NCBI GenBank assembly: GCA_910592345.1
Contig: CAJVPI010000023.1
Coordinates: 62,001-83,532, forward strand
DNA length: 21,532 nucleotides
Direction of reading: 5' to 3'
Origin: Paraglomus brasilianum
Taxonomy: Eukaryota
How positions within the stretch are numbered: the first letter of the stretch is position 1; each line of letters begins with the position of its first letter. The translations under genes and the position numbers were made by a program. Under the pieces are notes generated by a model that made no database searches, had not been told where the DNA came from, and worked only from the letters and a program-made list of their open reading frames with translations. Shown here piece after piece: positions 1 to 10,817 of this stretch.

Positions 1-1265
1 TGTACCAATGTTCTATAATAAAATCATGATTATATTGTTTGTTTCACACACAGTCTTTACAACTCCACCTGTAAGTACCTCATTGTCGTCATTGGCTATA
101 AATGATACATCTTCTGCTAAAAGGTATGGGTGAGTATCACGCCATAAAATCTCTTTTGGAGTCTGGGTACATATCGTCCTAAGAATTGTCAATGAATCCT
201 ACAACATGTCTTAATACGCAAAAATTATAACTTTACAACTGAATTCAAATGAAATAGTTTCATACTTGAGTCTCACTTCCACAATAAAGCTTCGTTTCAG
301 AAGGGAAGTAATGCTGTATGAAACTCAGTAAAGACTTCTTGACATCATTGCGTTTCTTGACTGGTACACTATCCAAGTGCTACAAAAATCGATTCAAATA
401 AAACGGTTTAAAACTGATCATACTCTCATAACACCCAAACTGATATGCCCAACATACTCACCATCACAGTGCTAACCACACTAGGCACACCCTGCGCTTG
501 TAAAGTTTGTAAACACTTTTCTCCAAATTCATCTACTTCTACTTCGGCCGACATAATAAATATTACGAAATCCGCCACTTTGCATGCGTCTATTATGTCG
601 ATAAAATTGCGAGATAGAAGAACGAGTTGCAGAGTTTGTTTGAAGCGATCCGCCCTTCAATTGGGTTAAACAAATATGCGTGTCAGAAGTGTGCGACGCG
701 CATGAAATAAGGGCAAAGCGACGGACTTACTTGAGGTTCATTATTTCACGTTCAGTTGTTTCTGGTGGAGATTTGTCGACACTTTTGTACAAGTTTACAA
801 CCAAATCGTATGCAGAAACACCCGAACAAAGCGGTACAATTGCCTACGTATATATAAACACAATTTGCATGCATATCTATTATGAAAAGATATACTATCA
901 ACAATCAACTTTCCAAACATACCACAGTCTTGGGAGCAGCATCTTTCCCTTCAAAGAATCGATGCCTCTTGATTAATTCTGCACGTTGTTTCTGTTGATG
1001 CAGTCTTGCAGAATTCTTCCTGTCTGCCTTAGTTACAGCACCCTTCCTTGGTGCATTCTTTACAGACGTCCTAGAAACCTTGCCTATGGTCAATTCGCTA
1101 AATTATTAACTGGATCAAGGGTTTAATTATAAGAATAAGGTAATTTTATAATCAACCTTTTGTTTTATCTTTTAATGCACCTTTGGTAGCATGCTTTGAT
1201 TTGAAAGGCTTATTGGTTTGCTTAAGATGAGAAGCTCGATGATGGAATGGTTTCTCTGATGGCAT
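1..1265 (-). CDS. TSR1: Pre-rRNA-processing / 40S biogenesis factor TSR1 (5' part; gene continues beyond the left edge)
   Basis: Hand-spliced GT-AG exons 1157-1265, 923-1083, 731-843, 462-654, 266-379, 79-198 and <=12 stay in frame. They read MPSEKPFHHRASHLKQTNKPFKSKHATKGALKDKTKGKV...KADRKNSARLHQQKQR...FIDIIDACKVADFVIFIMSAEVEVDEFGEKCLQTLQAQGVP...ILWRDTHPYLLAE. These are recognisable Tsr1 N-terminal and AARP2CN-region motifs. Confidence 0.93.
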
Positions 1266-1459
1266 TTCAACAACGTGTTAATTTGAAAATTTTTCTGAAA
1301 AATTTATTTTATATCCGGATCAGATCTAAATTGAATGCTATTGGACGATATAATTAACCAATTGGAGATCTGGTGGGCAGGTGACAGAAAGGCTAAGCAA
1401 CGCTTTAAACAGTCTGCGCGTATGTTCGAAGGAATAAAACTGTGTTTAATTGGGTCATA
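1266..1459. promoter_or_regulatory. 194-bp divergent (bidirectional) promoter between TSR1 and the Mms1-like gene, with two RRPE-like motifs
   Basis: Start codons at 1265(-) and 1460(+) face away from each other. TGAAAATTTTT (1284-1294) and TGAAAAATTT (1296-1305) match the RRPE consensus of yeast ribosome-biogenesis genes. Confidence 0.55.
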
Positions 1460-4400
1460 ATGTTATTACCAATAGACTTGTTAGCAGAGGAGAGATTGCG
1501 TCAGTCAAAAGTTCGGGTGTATGCCAAGTCAGTTATAAATAGTTGTGTTTTGAATCAAATTAGTCGGTGTGATCTGAGAGGATACGAGAGCAATGATTTT
1601 ATATTGGCGAAGGTATGTTGTCTGTGATCAGCTTGTTTTCACCAAAATGTTGCAAAATGGGTTGGGAATTTAGCTTTTTATTTGTTTTAATGTCTAATAA
1701 TCGTCTGATTCCTTGATTAATATAGGAAACCACCTTAGAATTAGTCGAATTGACAGCTGAAGGATCACTCATATCTATTATAGAACAACCAGTGTTCGGT
1801 ACCATAAAGGACATGAAAGTTCTTCACTGTAATTTTCCAGATGACAATGATCCTGATGCAATGGATATAGCTTCTCACCCTCCTATTCGTGGACAAGATG
1901 TGCTTGTATTTCTATCCGATTCTGGAAAGCTGAGCTTTGTGGGATACACCGAAGATGAAAAAATTAGTGCCGATGACAACAAGGGAAAAGGCAAGGCTCT
2001 AGAGAGCTCCGGTGATACATCAGAACAGAGAAATGGGAGATTTTATCCATTGAAAGAGGTAGATGACGCGAAGGTCATGTGACTGATAATTGATTAAAGA
2101 CGCGTTCATCATTGATATGATTATTCAACAGATCAAATTGTCTGAGCCTGGATTTGACCATCGACAATTGGGTCGATTGATTTGCGTGGATCCATAGTAA
2201 GTGTTTTTTCTGATGGGTAATATTATAGTTGCTGTTATTTTGTCTTTGTTTATAAGAATAATGCTGAAGATTTGCCAGTTCTCGAGTTATTGCCGTGGCA
2301 GCCTGGCAAGATTCATTCAGTCTGTCGTTCATTAAAGATTCATCGAGATGCAATTTTGATCCAATTAGAGAGGTTAGTTTGTTAAAAGCGGTTCGACTGA
2401 TACTACCCATTGTAATTATTAAATATCATATTTCTAATATAGACTAAGGAGCACCAACAAGAAGGTATAATTTGGCATATGACGTTCTTATATCCTGATG
2501 ATCCTGATCGCGTTGCTCTTGCTATGGTGGTTTTCAAGTAAGTCTTATGGCGGTCATGACATTTATTATCTCTCCTTCAGTCTATTGATACTAGACTGTC
2601 ATTACAGTGACGTGAAGAAGCAAAGTCGTATCGTAGTATATCAGTTCTGGGCTGGAGATGGTCCCCAGGGCGACATAATTGCTTATGGAACGTTAGCACT
2701 TGCTGAGGGTAAGTGCACGATCATATATGACAGGACATTATATGAATCGTAGCTAACTTGTTCGCCTTATTCAGATAGCCCACTACCGTTACACTTGATT
2801 GCTCTCCCAAACTTCCCAGAATGCTTTCTATTGATTACGGTATGATTCAGTTAATCGTTATACATTATTATCAATCTAGTCAAGCCAATTCATCCAACTA
2901 TTTCAATCAGGAAAAAGATGTATGCTTTCTAAATGCTCAACAAGTGACTGTCGGACATGTTGAGTTCTATCGAGAATCCTTGCCTAATACTGAAGGTTCT
3001 TAACAATGACCAAATGAAATTTTTGCGTAAAAAAGAAGTACGGAAAAAAATTGACTCCTTTATATCTTATTAGCACTAACGACAGCCGTTGCAATCTCAT
3101 CCAATAATGAAAGGAAAGGATCAACATATCTCTATGCAGGATTAGAGGATGGGAGTCTCTATCGTATTGACGTCGAGTCCAGCACATCAATAAAATTCAA
3201 TCTTTTGTCTGAGAACGAACTCAACCCTATAGCACCAGCAATGGCTACATTCACAAGGGCTACTGATGGAAAAGACGTTATTATCATATCTGGAGAGATG
3301 AGCGATGGAGCTGTCGTCACTGTAAGCGAAATACCGATATATAATGTAGGCGTATCTATATGAATGCGAGTATTAATAATCATCTGCTGTAGGTGACTCC
3401 GGGCGCAACTAGTATTGTCGTAACTTCTGAGATATCCAATTGGGCACCCATACTGGATTTTCAGTTAGTGGACTTTCAGCGCGAAAATAACGATGTAGTA
3501 TATTCCTGTAGTAATCGTGGAAATAAAGGTTCTATATGCGAATTACGACGCGTTATTGGGGTTCATATTGTCACCCAGACCGAGCCAGAGTTTGACGGGT
3601 AACTTGATCACATTGTTTTCTTTATTATTTTTACAACGGGTGATGAAATAATAAATTGTAATTGTTTAGGACCAATGCTCTATGGAGTTTAAAGTATACG
3701 GCTGACGATATCGATGATACCTTCCTCGCAGTGTCCTTTGCAAGTTCGACAAGAATGATGTATCTTGGCAATGGGGAATTGGATGACATTAGCGAAATTA
3801 GCGGCTTCAATTTGGACGTCTCTTCATTATGTGTCTCTTCGATATCTGCTGTGCCTGGTTGTTTGGTACAGATACATCGCAATGGAATGATTATAACACA
3901 ACCAATTTTACGAGAAACAAATGCTTCGAGTAAGCAGCCAATGTAGCTTTTGAAGGCCTTTATTTTCATGCAAATAACAGAGACTGACATATGCTTATAC
4001 ATATTAGCAAATCGCGTTGACGGTCTTCGATGGTCACCACCGAATGATGAAGTGATAGAGGCAGCAACCGTTTCTGGTTCCTATATTCTCGTTAGTCTAT
4101 CTACGAGAAATGGGAGTTTAATTAACACGTTTGTCGTAGAGTTTGATCATAAGACGTGAGTTTCACTTTGAAGTCTCTTGTTGGAATATTGCAGTTGATG
4201 TTTTCGGCATTGATTAATAGAACTATTGTATTGCTTATACTCAGGGGCTGTATAGCATTAAACAAGAAGGACGAATGTTTACTTGATACTCAACTGTGTT
4301 TCATTACTTGTGTTGATTCAAGGTTAGTAAACAGTTGACGTCCTTTTTTTTTTCAAGTGAATTTTTGTGCTTATGTAAAATATTTCGGGACATAGCGTCG

Positions 4401-7400
4401 TTACATGCGAACCAATATTCATTGTTGGTACATATAAACCCTCTATCAAGATATATTGCCTAAGACCGAGACTAGAACTGGTGTACGAGGTCATATTAAG
4501 TAAGTACCTTTTTTATGATCAAAAAAGGAGCATTAATTTCCTGTCTAATGTGTCGGGTTGCAACTGTAGACGAGTTCTCTTCGACTGGTATTAATATTCC
4601 AGAATCAGCTTGTATTATCGCAAATGAAGAAAAAGCATATCTGCTTATAGGTATAGCTTATATATGGTTAATCTTATTGTTTTGACTGTTAATTGATGTT
4701 AAATTAGTAAATAATTATAGGTCTTCGCGAGGGGACTATCGTTCACTACCAATTTGGGTGGTCAGAAGGTACATAATTGCTGAAATTGTGACTATGGTAC
4801 ATGGTGAACAATTATTGACATCGAATATAAAACATTGTCGTGCGTCTTTTTTAATCCAATTAAACAGAGAAATGTAAACCGGAACTCTCTCATGTCGGAA
4901 CTCGTCGAATAGGCTCTCTCGCTGTAAAACTAGTTTCACGGCCTTCGAAAACGGCTTCTATCGTAGCATTGTCTGACCGTCCCTGGCAAATTGATATCCT
5001 GCCTCATTTGAATATTGGGTATACTTGTATTGCATTGGAGAATTATGAATATGTGTGTAAAAAGAGGAAAGGTTTATAAAATTAAGGCAGACACGTTTTA
5101 GTATCGAATTCTAATAGAAACTTCTTCCATTTACAGGTTCAGGAAGCAACGCCGTTCAAATATCCTGATATTACGGAAGGATATATGTTTGTTGCTAATA
5201 ACTGTTTATATTTCCTCCAACTGGTTAGACGGAAGAAAACCAAAGTTCGGAAGATCAAGCTTGGTGATGTACGTGAACTGATTGACGTCACGAAATTCAG
5301 TATTGGTCTTTTGATTATTAATGAATAATTATTATTATACTTTAGACACCGCGTCGGATTCTTTATGATTCAGTCAGTAACATGTTTGTCGTAGCCTGTA
5401 CTTTAGAGAGTGCGCCATTTCCAACCTCTATCATACGGCTAGTTGATCCTTTCAGGTTCTAACCCCTTTTTTACCCATCAATGCAGTTTTAACAATTCTC
5501 AATCATTAATTAATCGTGTTTGGCTGTGTGTAGTGGATCTATCAACTATGAGCACGTGCTTTCAGATTCGGACAGACCACAGAATCGTGAGGCTGTTTAT
5601 TCACTTGTTGGTAAGAAAATATGGTTCAATGCATAAGTTATGGAACAAATTACAGATTATTATTTTGTATTATAGGTTGGAATTTGACAACAGAACGTCG
5701 ACATCTCCGTTTAATATGTGTTGGCAGCGGTATATATGCCGGAAATGAAAATCCTTATGGAGGACGGGTTATGATTTTTACAATCATAAAGCTAGAAACT
5801 GCATCGGTATAATGTCACTAATTTTGTAATCAAACATAGATTGTTGCATATCATTTGTTAAACCATCTCTTAATACAGAATCCAAATCAAAGATATGAAA
5901 TGAAAAAGTTAATGGAGATTGAAGTCCCCGGTGCAGTATATGTTATTTGCCCGATGAGCGATAGGTAGGTTGGGTGATTGTACAAGCAGGTTATTACGTA
6001 AAGTAATAAGGTAGCGTATAAGTATGGGTGGCTGTATAGACAGTTGGCATCATTGGCTAGGGTAAACTCCAAGAATTGAGTACTAAAATAACGTTCCATG
6101 CGAAAACAGATACCTCTTAATAGCGGCAGGAAATACTTTGAACCTCCTTAAATTGGACTTGGAAAAGCAAAGGTGATCATAATTACTCAAATCACTCTTA
6201 CGCTTAGTTAGAACGAATGCTCACATTGTTTTTTCATGTCTTTCCTCACAAACACTCGTATGAAGTCTCATTAATGTACAAAGTATGGAACTTCGATGGC
6301 CTATAGTATCAATCAACGTCTGTAATACTCGAATATGTATAGGCACTCAAAGAGGATCGTTGACGTTCTATGAACTCAAACAAGACAAAGAGAAATTCTT
6401 ATTTTTGAAAAGGTATTTTGATTGAATCTAGTTAAATATAATGCGTTATTTTTGTTTAATAAATTGTTTTATTTTTAGTGAACGTTGGGCCAGATTGACG
6501 ACAAACTCCATCATGTTAAATGAGAATCTTGCTATCGGCACGGACAAGAATGGAAATATATTCGGATCGTTATATGACCAAGGTACTTTTAGTTATGTTA
6601 ATTATGATTTTGGAATTATTATACATAATTATTATACATAATTATTAACCATTACACTTATACATCCAAGATGATCCAAATATCGAACCGTGTCTGCGAA
6701 CGATATTCTCATTCCATCTTGCTGAAATTATACCACGCTTACGAACAGGCTATATCGGGCACAATATGAACTATGTACCTATAGCGTCTAGTTCCGATAC
6801 AGATGAAAAGGAAGAGCAAGATACGATTACTGGCTTGCAGTCATCGGTCGAAAATATTTCACCCGAGACAGAAAGTAGTGATCAACCTGGTTGGGATGCA
6901 TTTGACGATCTTTCGACTAAAACCCAACCAACTACAGTTGTTGGTTGTTCACTATTAGGAAGCGTATATTTATTTACCCGCATAAATATAGAAGCATTTA
7001 ATTTATTGAGCGTCTTACAGTCCGTATTAGAAGAGTGGCACAATACAGTTCCATTATTAGGTATTCACACATGATTGTCATAGACCGTATTATTATTTAA
7101 TAATAATTAACACTGTTTTCAACCATAGGCAACGATTATCGTCGCATCCGAACATCGATAAGTGATACGTCAACAAACGAATCCAGTTATATAATTGACG
7201 GGGAGATGGTCTCCCAATTCCTCCACCTTCCACGCCAAGAACAACACTTAATCCTCGCTTCACACGCCAATCTTGTCAAAGCTGGACAGACGTATCTCAA
7301 CTATGAAAGGGACAATTCTGACCTGATGAAATCCTTCTATTGGTCCAATTCTCCTCCCCCAGCTCCGCCGCAATCACCAATCGATTTGACAAGCGAAAAC

Positions 7401-7532
7401 GGAGACATGGCTTATGGTATGAGATTCCAACCGTGGAGTTTTGAGCAATTGAAAGAGGAAAAAGCGGACTTGAACGAAATTATTGTCGCTATTGAGAAGC
7501 TGCTGTGTGAGTTGAACGTAGACATCTCGTAA
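1460..7532 (+). CDS. DDB1/Mms1/RSE1(SF3B3)/CPSF1-superfamily triple beta-propeller protein (MMS1_N + CPSF_A type), most like Mms1; about 27 exons
   Basis: The hand-spliced model is open throughout with GT-AG introns (first exons 1460-1612 and 1726-2058, last exon ending TAA at 7532). Family-type motifs: EQPVFGTIKDMKVL, DVLVFLSDSGKLSF, GRLICVDPYSRVIAVAA, SNWAPILDF, LLIGLREG, TPRRILYD, GTDKNGNIFG, IIDGEMVSQFL. It is too divergent for canonical SF3B3 or DDB1, so no symbol is given. Confidence 0.85.
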
Positions 7533-7788
7533 TGCGAGGAGAGAATGAGAAGTAATGGGTTGTATATTGTGATACGGTTATGTGTGTGGCATACTGGGCT
7601 GTATAATTAATTAAGAGACACGGGGGATTGATTATATAGCATTATTGTATATTAGATGTGCATTTTTATCTGTTGCTATTCTTGACAATAGTGGTATAAA
7701 TATAATAAAAGTGATATGCGAGCTATTCGACTGGAGTATCTACATATGTCTATACTGAAGATGATCGTAAAGTTGTTTGTATAAATTA

Positions 7789-8635
7789 TTAAGTTTTGGC
7801 ATGTTTTAGTTTTTCATTCAAAATTTGAGTCACTATTTGTACAAAATATCTGTGTATGCGGTCATCATCAGTAAGCTCCGGATGGAATGCCGTGCCTAGC
7901 AAATGACCTTGCTGAACGGCAACGACTGCTGAAGCATCGGTTTGACCAACATTATGCTCTAACTTGGCCAATACTTTTACATCTGACGAATTGATTGAAG
8001 TAATGATTGGAGCACGTATGAATACAGCCGGAAAGAGGTCAGTATCAGATGTCGTTACGTTGGCAAAGTTCAAGGGAGCTTCAAACGAATCAATCTACAG
8101 ATTGCAAGTATGATTAATATATTACGAGTCACTCGAAATCGCTCATTGTCAAGATCAAAAATACAGTAATTACCTGACTACCAAATTGGTTCCTGTTGAC
8201 GGCAATGTCTAATCCACCAAGTACCTTCTGTCCACCCTTCTTTGTTTTATGCACTTCGTTGGCTAGCAATATCAACCCAGCACAGGTCCCCCATGTAGGC
8301 TTAGTTTGCACAAAGTCCTTTAATGAATTCAACAGCCCCGACCTTTCGGCAACCAAAGCTATAGTTGTCGATTCACCTCCCGGTATTATTAATGCGTCAA
8401 TCGTTGACAAATGTTCTTTTCTCCGTACGAGAACCGCAATTACGTTGGGAAGACGAGATAGAATGTTTACATGCTCGAGAAAAGCGCCCTGGAGAGCTTA
8501 GTTGTTGATCAAAAAGAATGTATTACTAAACAACGTAGTTGTCTGACTGTTAGACAAAACAAATAAGGATAGTGTACCTAACACGCCCACACGAACTTGT
8601 TGAGTATTATCTTGGCTGTCTCCAGTATGGACCAT
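7789..8635 (-). CDS. PDX2: Pyridoxal 5'-phosphate synthase glutaminase subunit (PDX2/SNO/PdxT), 228 aa
   Basis: Exons 8578-8635, 8174-8496 and 7789-8094 total 687 nt. Signature motifs are GVLALQGAFLEH, LIIPGGESTT, WGTCAGLILLA (catalytic Cys), RNQFGSQIDSF, AVFIRAP and FHPELT (catalytic His/Glu). Confidence 0.96.
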
Positions 8636-10218
8636 AGTCGAATGTTAAACAATGATTGTAAATTGTTAAATTGTATATTTTCAAAAGCGAGAAAGAGAAG
8701 GAAAAGAGATATTGATCACCCACGAGCATTTGTATCACTGATATCCAGTTTTTCGGTTATCAGCTGTTCGTCAGCCGTTCACGAAAACATTGCTGCAACC
8801 CTAAAAAATTTCAGGGGTCAATTGTCGGGAAGTTAAACTGTGGGAAACCCTCCCCTAAATCGTATAATATAAAGAGAATGAGCGACATATATAGCTAAAC
8901 CCGTAACTTTGCATTGTTTACAATAATCTTTATCCAAATTGGTTTACTATAATAAAAAGTTTCTCATATTAAACCGGCTAAAAGACAACGGAACCCACGA
9001 GATTTACCCTCCCGATCCAATGAACTTCTGATAAGCGAAAGTTGATTAAGTGATGAACGCGCGCCGGGCTGTAAAGGAAGCAAGTACTAGTACGCCTTCA
9101 AAATACAAATTACAGTCAGTCTGATCTATGATTAATCCTAGCAAAGAAAAACATTTTTGGACGTGATATGTATCAATTTGATGACAGAAAGCACATAGCG
9201 ACATTATAGTAATTCTGCTTAGACTTGTTTTAGCATAGTAACTGTATATTAATATAAGCATTCTAATCAATCTGACCCGGAGCATGGCAAATCACACATA
9301 CACAGAAGTTTTCTCACAAAACAAGAATATGAGAATTTATTTGATCAGGCTTTTGCTGATATGAGCAAATTACAAGGGCGTTTTCAAGATTCATTTCTAT
9401 TTCTATTTTACCAAAATATACCAAGCTAGAATGATTTTTGTTCTACATTCCAAATACACAGGTAACAAGTAATCTATATAACAAGTTTAAATTCAATGCT
9501 CGACAAAAAGTTTTTATTTACAACATTTTTATTATATCAAGAAACTAATGGAAAGACCAATTGTTAATATTGGATACATTTTGATTGACATGTTATAGTG
9601 CAATGTTTTCAATTAATATGCAACTGTTTCAAGCTGCGGCTTCTGTTTGAGTATTTTTAAATTTTAATAAGTCAGAAATAAAATTGATTATAAAAACATT
9701 GCATTAGCATCACTAAACACATTATTAAAAAAAGTCGGAGAGAAGAGTCCTTGCCAAATATAATTGTTATTTAACTTCAGAGAAGTTGGCAAAAATTTAA
9801 TTTTAGAGAATGGCTGCTGTTCCAGTGTCTTTGCCAAAACCATTGTTACGATCTCATTATCATTACGCGCTATCGGTGAAACGGTGGTCTACCTAATAGT
9901 ACTGCTACGTCTGGAGTACGAACGTTCTTTAAGCGTTATCAAATAAAAGACAAAGTAGTACGAATGTACATTCTCGTCATAATCGGATGTAAATACGGCG
10001 TTATTTCTCAGGAAAAGGGCAAAGCGGATGTTTCTCATATGAATTCTAATATTTTTATAGGCAATAGATTTTGGGGATGATGTTAATTCAAAACTCTGAT
10101 TGCCCTTAATCACGTGACTATCATTCTGAATACTTTCGCCAGTGATGACAGAATTCTTGATTCTTATGGTGCTGTTGAATAGCTAAATCCTCGCCAACGT
10201 TCTCCCACACTGTAGACA

Positions 10219-10612
10219 ATGCACGAGATACTTCTCGACGCATTGGTTTCCGCTGTAGCGGCCGCAATAGTCGTAGTGACAAAAGAATGGGTAAGAAGTA
10301 CGCAATCTCTCTTTCACTTTAGTACCTACAGTTATATTGCAGTCTAAATTGTATTGCTCTAATACGTATTTTTTCACTCAGGTACGTAGGCGCAAAGCTA
10401 GAAAACTTCGGTACTGTGGAAATCTCCTTCCGCTGGTACGCCAAGCCAAAGAAGCGAGAGATTTACGAGAGTTGGCCGAGTGGTTTTTGAGTGACGATGA
10501 AGACGAGGACATTCAGGCGCAGGAAAACGTTGATTCTATTGAAGTTGAGGTTAATAATAATATCGCCAACAGTAATAATACTAACGATAAGCCAGATCAA
10601 CTCGATCAATAA
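10219..10612 (+). CDS. Hypothetical 100-aa protein with an N-terminal hydrophobic helix, a basic cluster and an acidic/Asn-rich tail (possibly the 3' remnant of a decayed gene)
   Basis: Exon 10219-10290 (MHEILLDALVSAVAAAIVVVTKEW), then a 91-nt GTAAG...CTAAT...CAG intron 10291-10381, then in-frame exon 10382-10612 (VRRRKARKLRYCGNLLPLVRQAKEARDLRELAEWFLSDDEDEDI...). Confidence 0.5.
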
Positions 10613-10817
10613 TGTATTATAAATACATTAGTTGTTAGTGTTTGTTAGCTTTCATATATTTTTTATTCCCACTATGCGTGTGAAAGAGTAATTGAACGGA
10701 TAACTTTTTTCTCCCGCTTTTATTCTGACATATCCTTCTGTGCACGATTGTTCATCTACATACTTAGATTACAATTCCTCTTCCATAATCGATCTCGAAA
10801 CCTCAATGAGTAGCTAG

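Noticed and set aside
8196..8501. Antisense and alternative-frame ORFs over PDX2, TSR1, ARP6 and the Mms1-like gene
   Set aside because: They are shadows of real exons on the opposite strand or in another frame.
9050..9124. Possible box C/D snoRNA (GTGATGA...CTGA, ~75 nt)
   Set aside because: There is no correctly placed terminal stem, and I could not identify a convincing >=10-nt rRNA-complementary guide. A snoscan/Infernal run would settle it.
10725..10740. ATATCCTT resembling a U12 5' splice site (also near 14955)
   Set aside because: Neither lies at an exon boundary of a modelled gene. All modelled introns are ordinary GT-AG.
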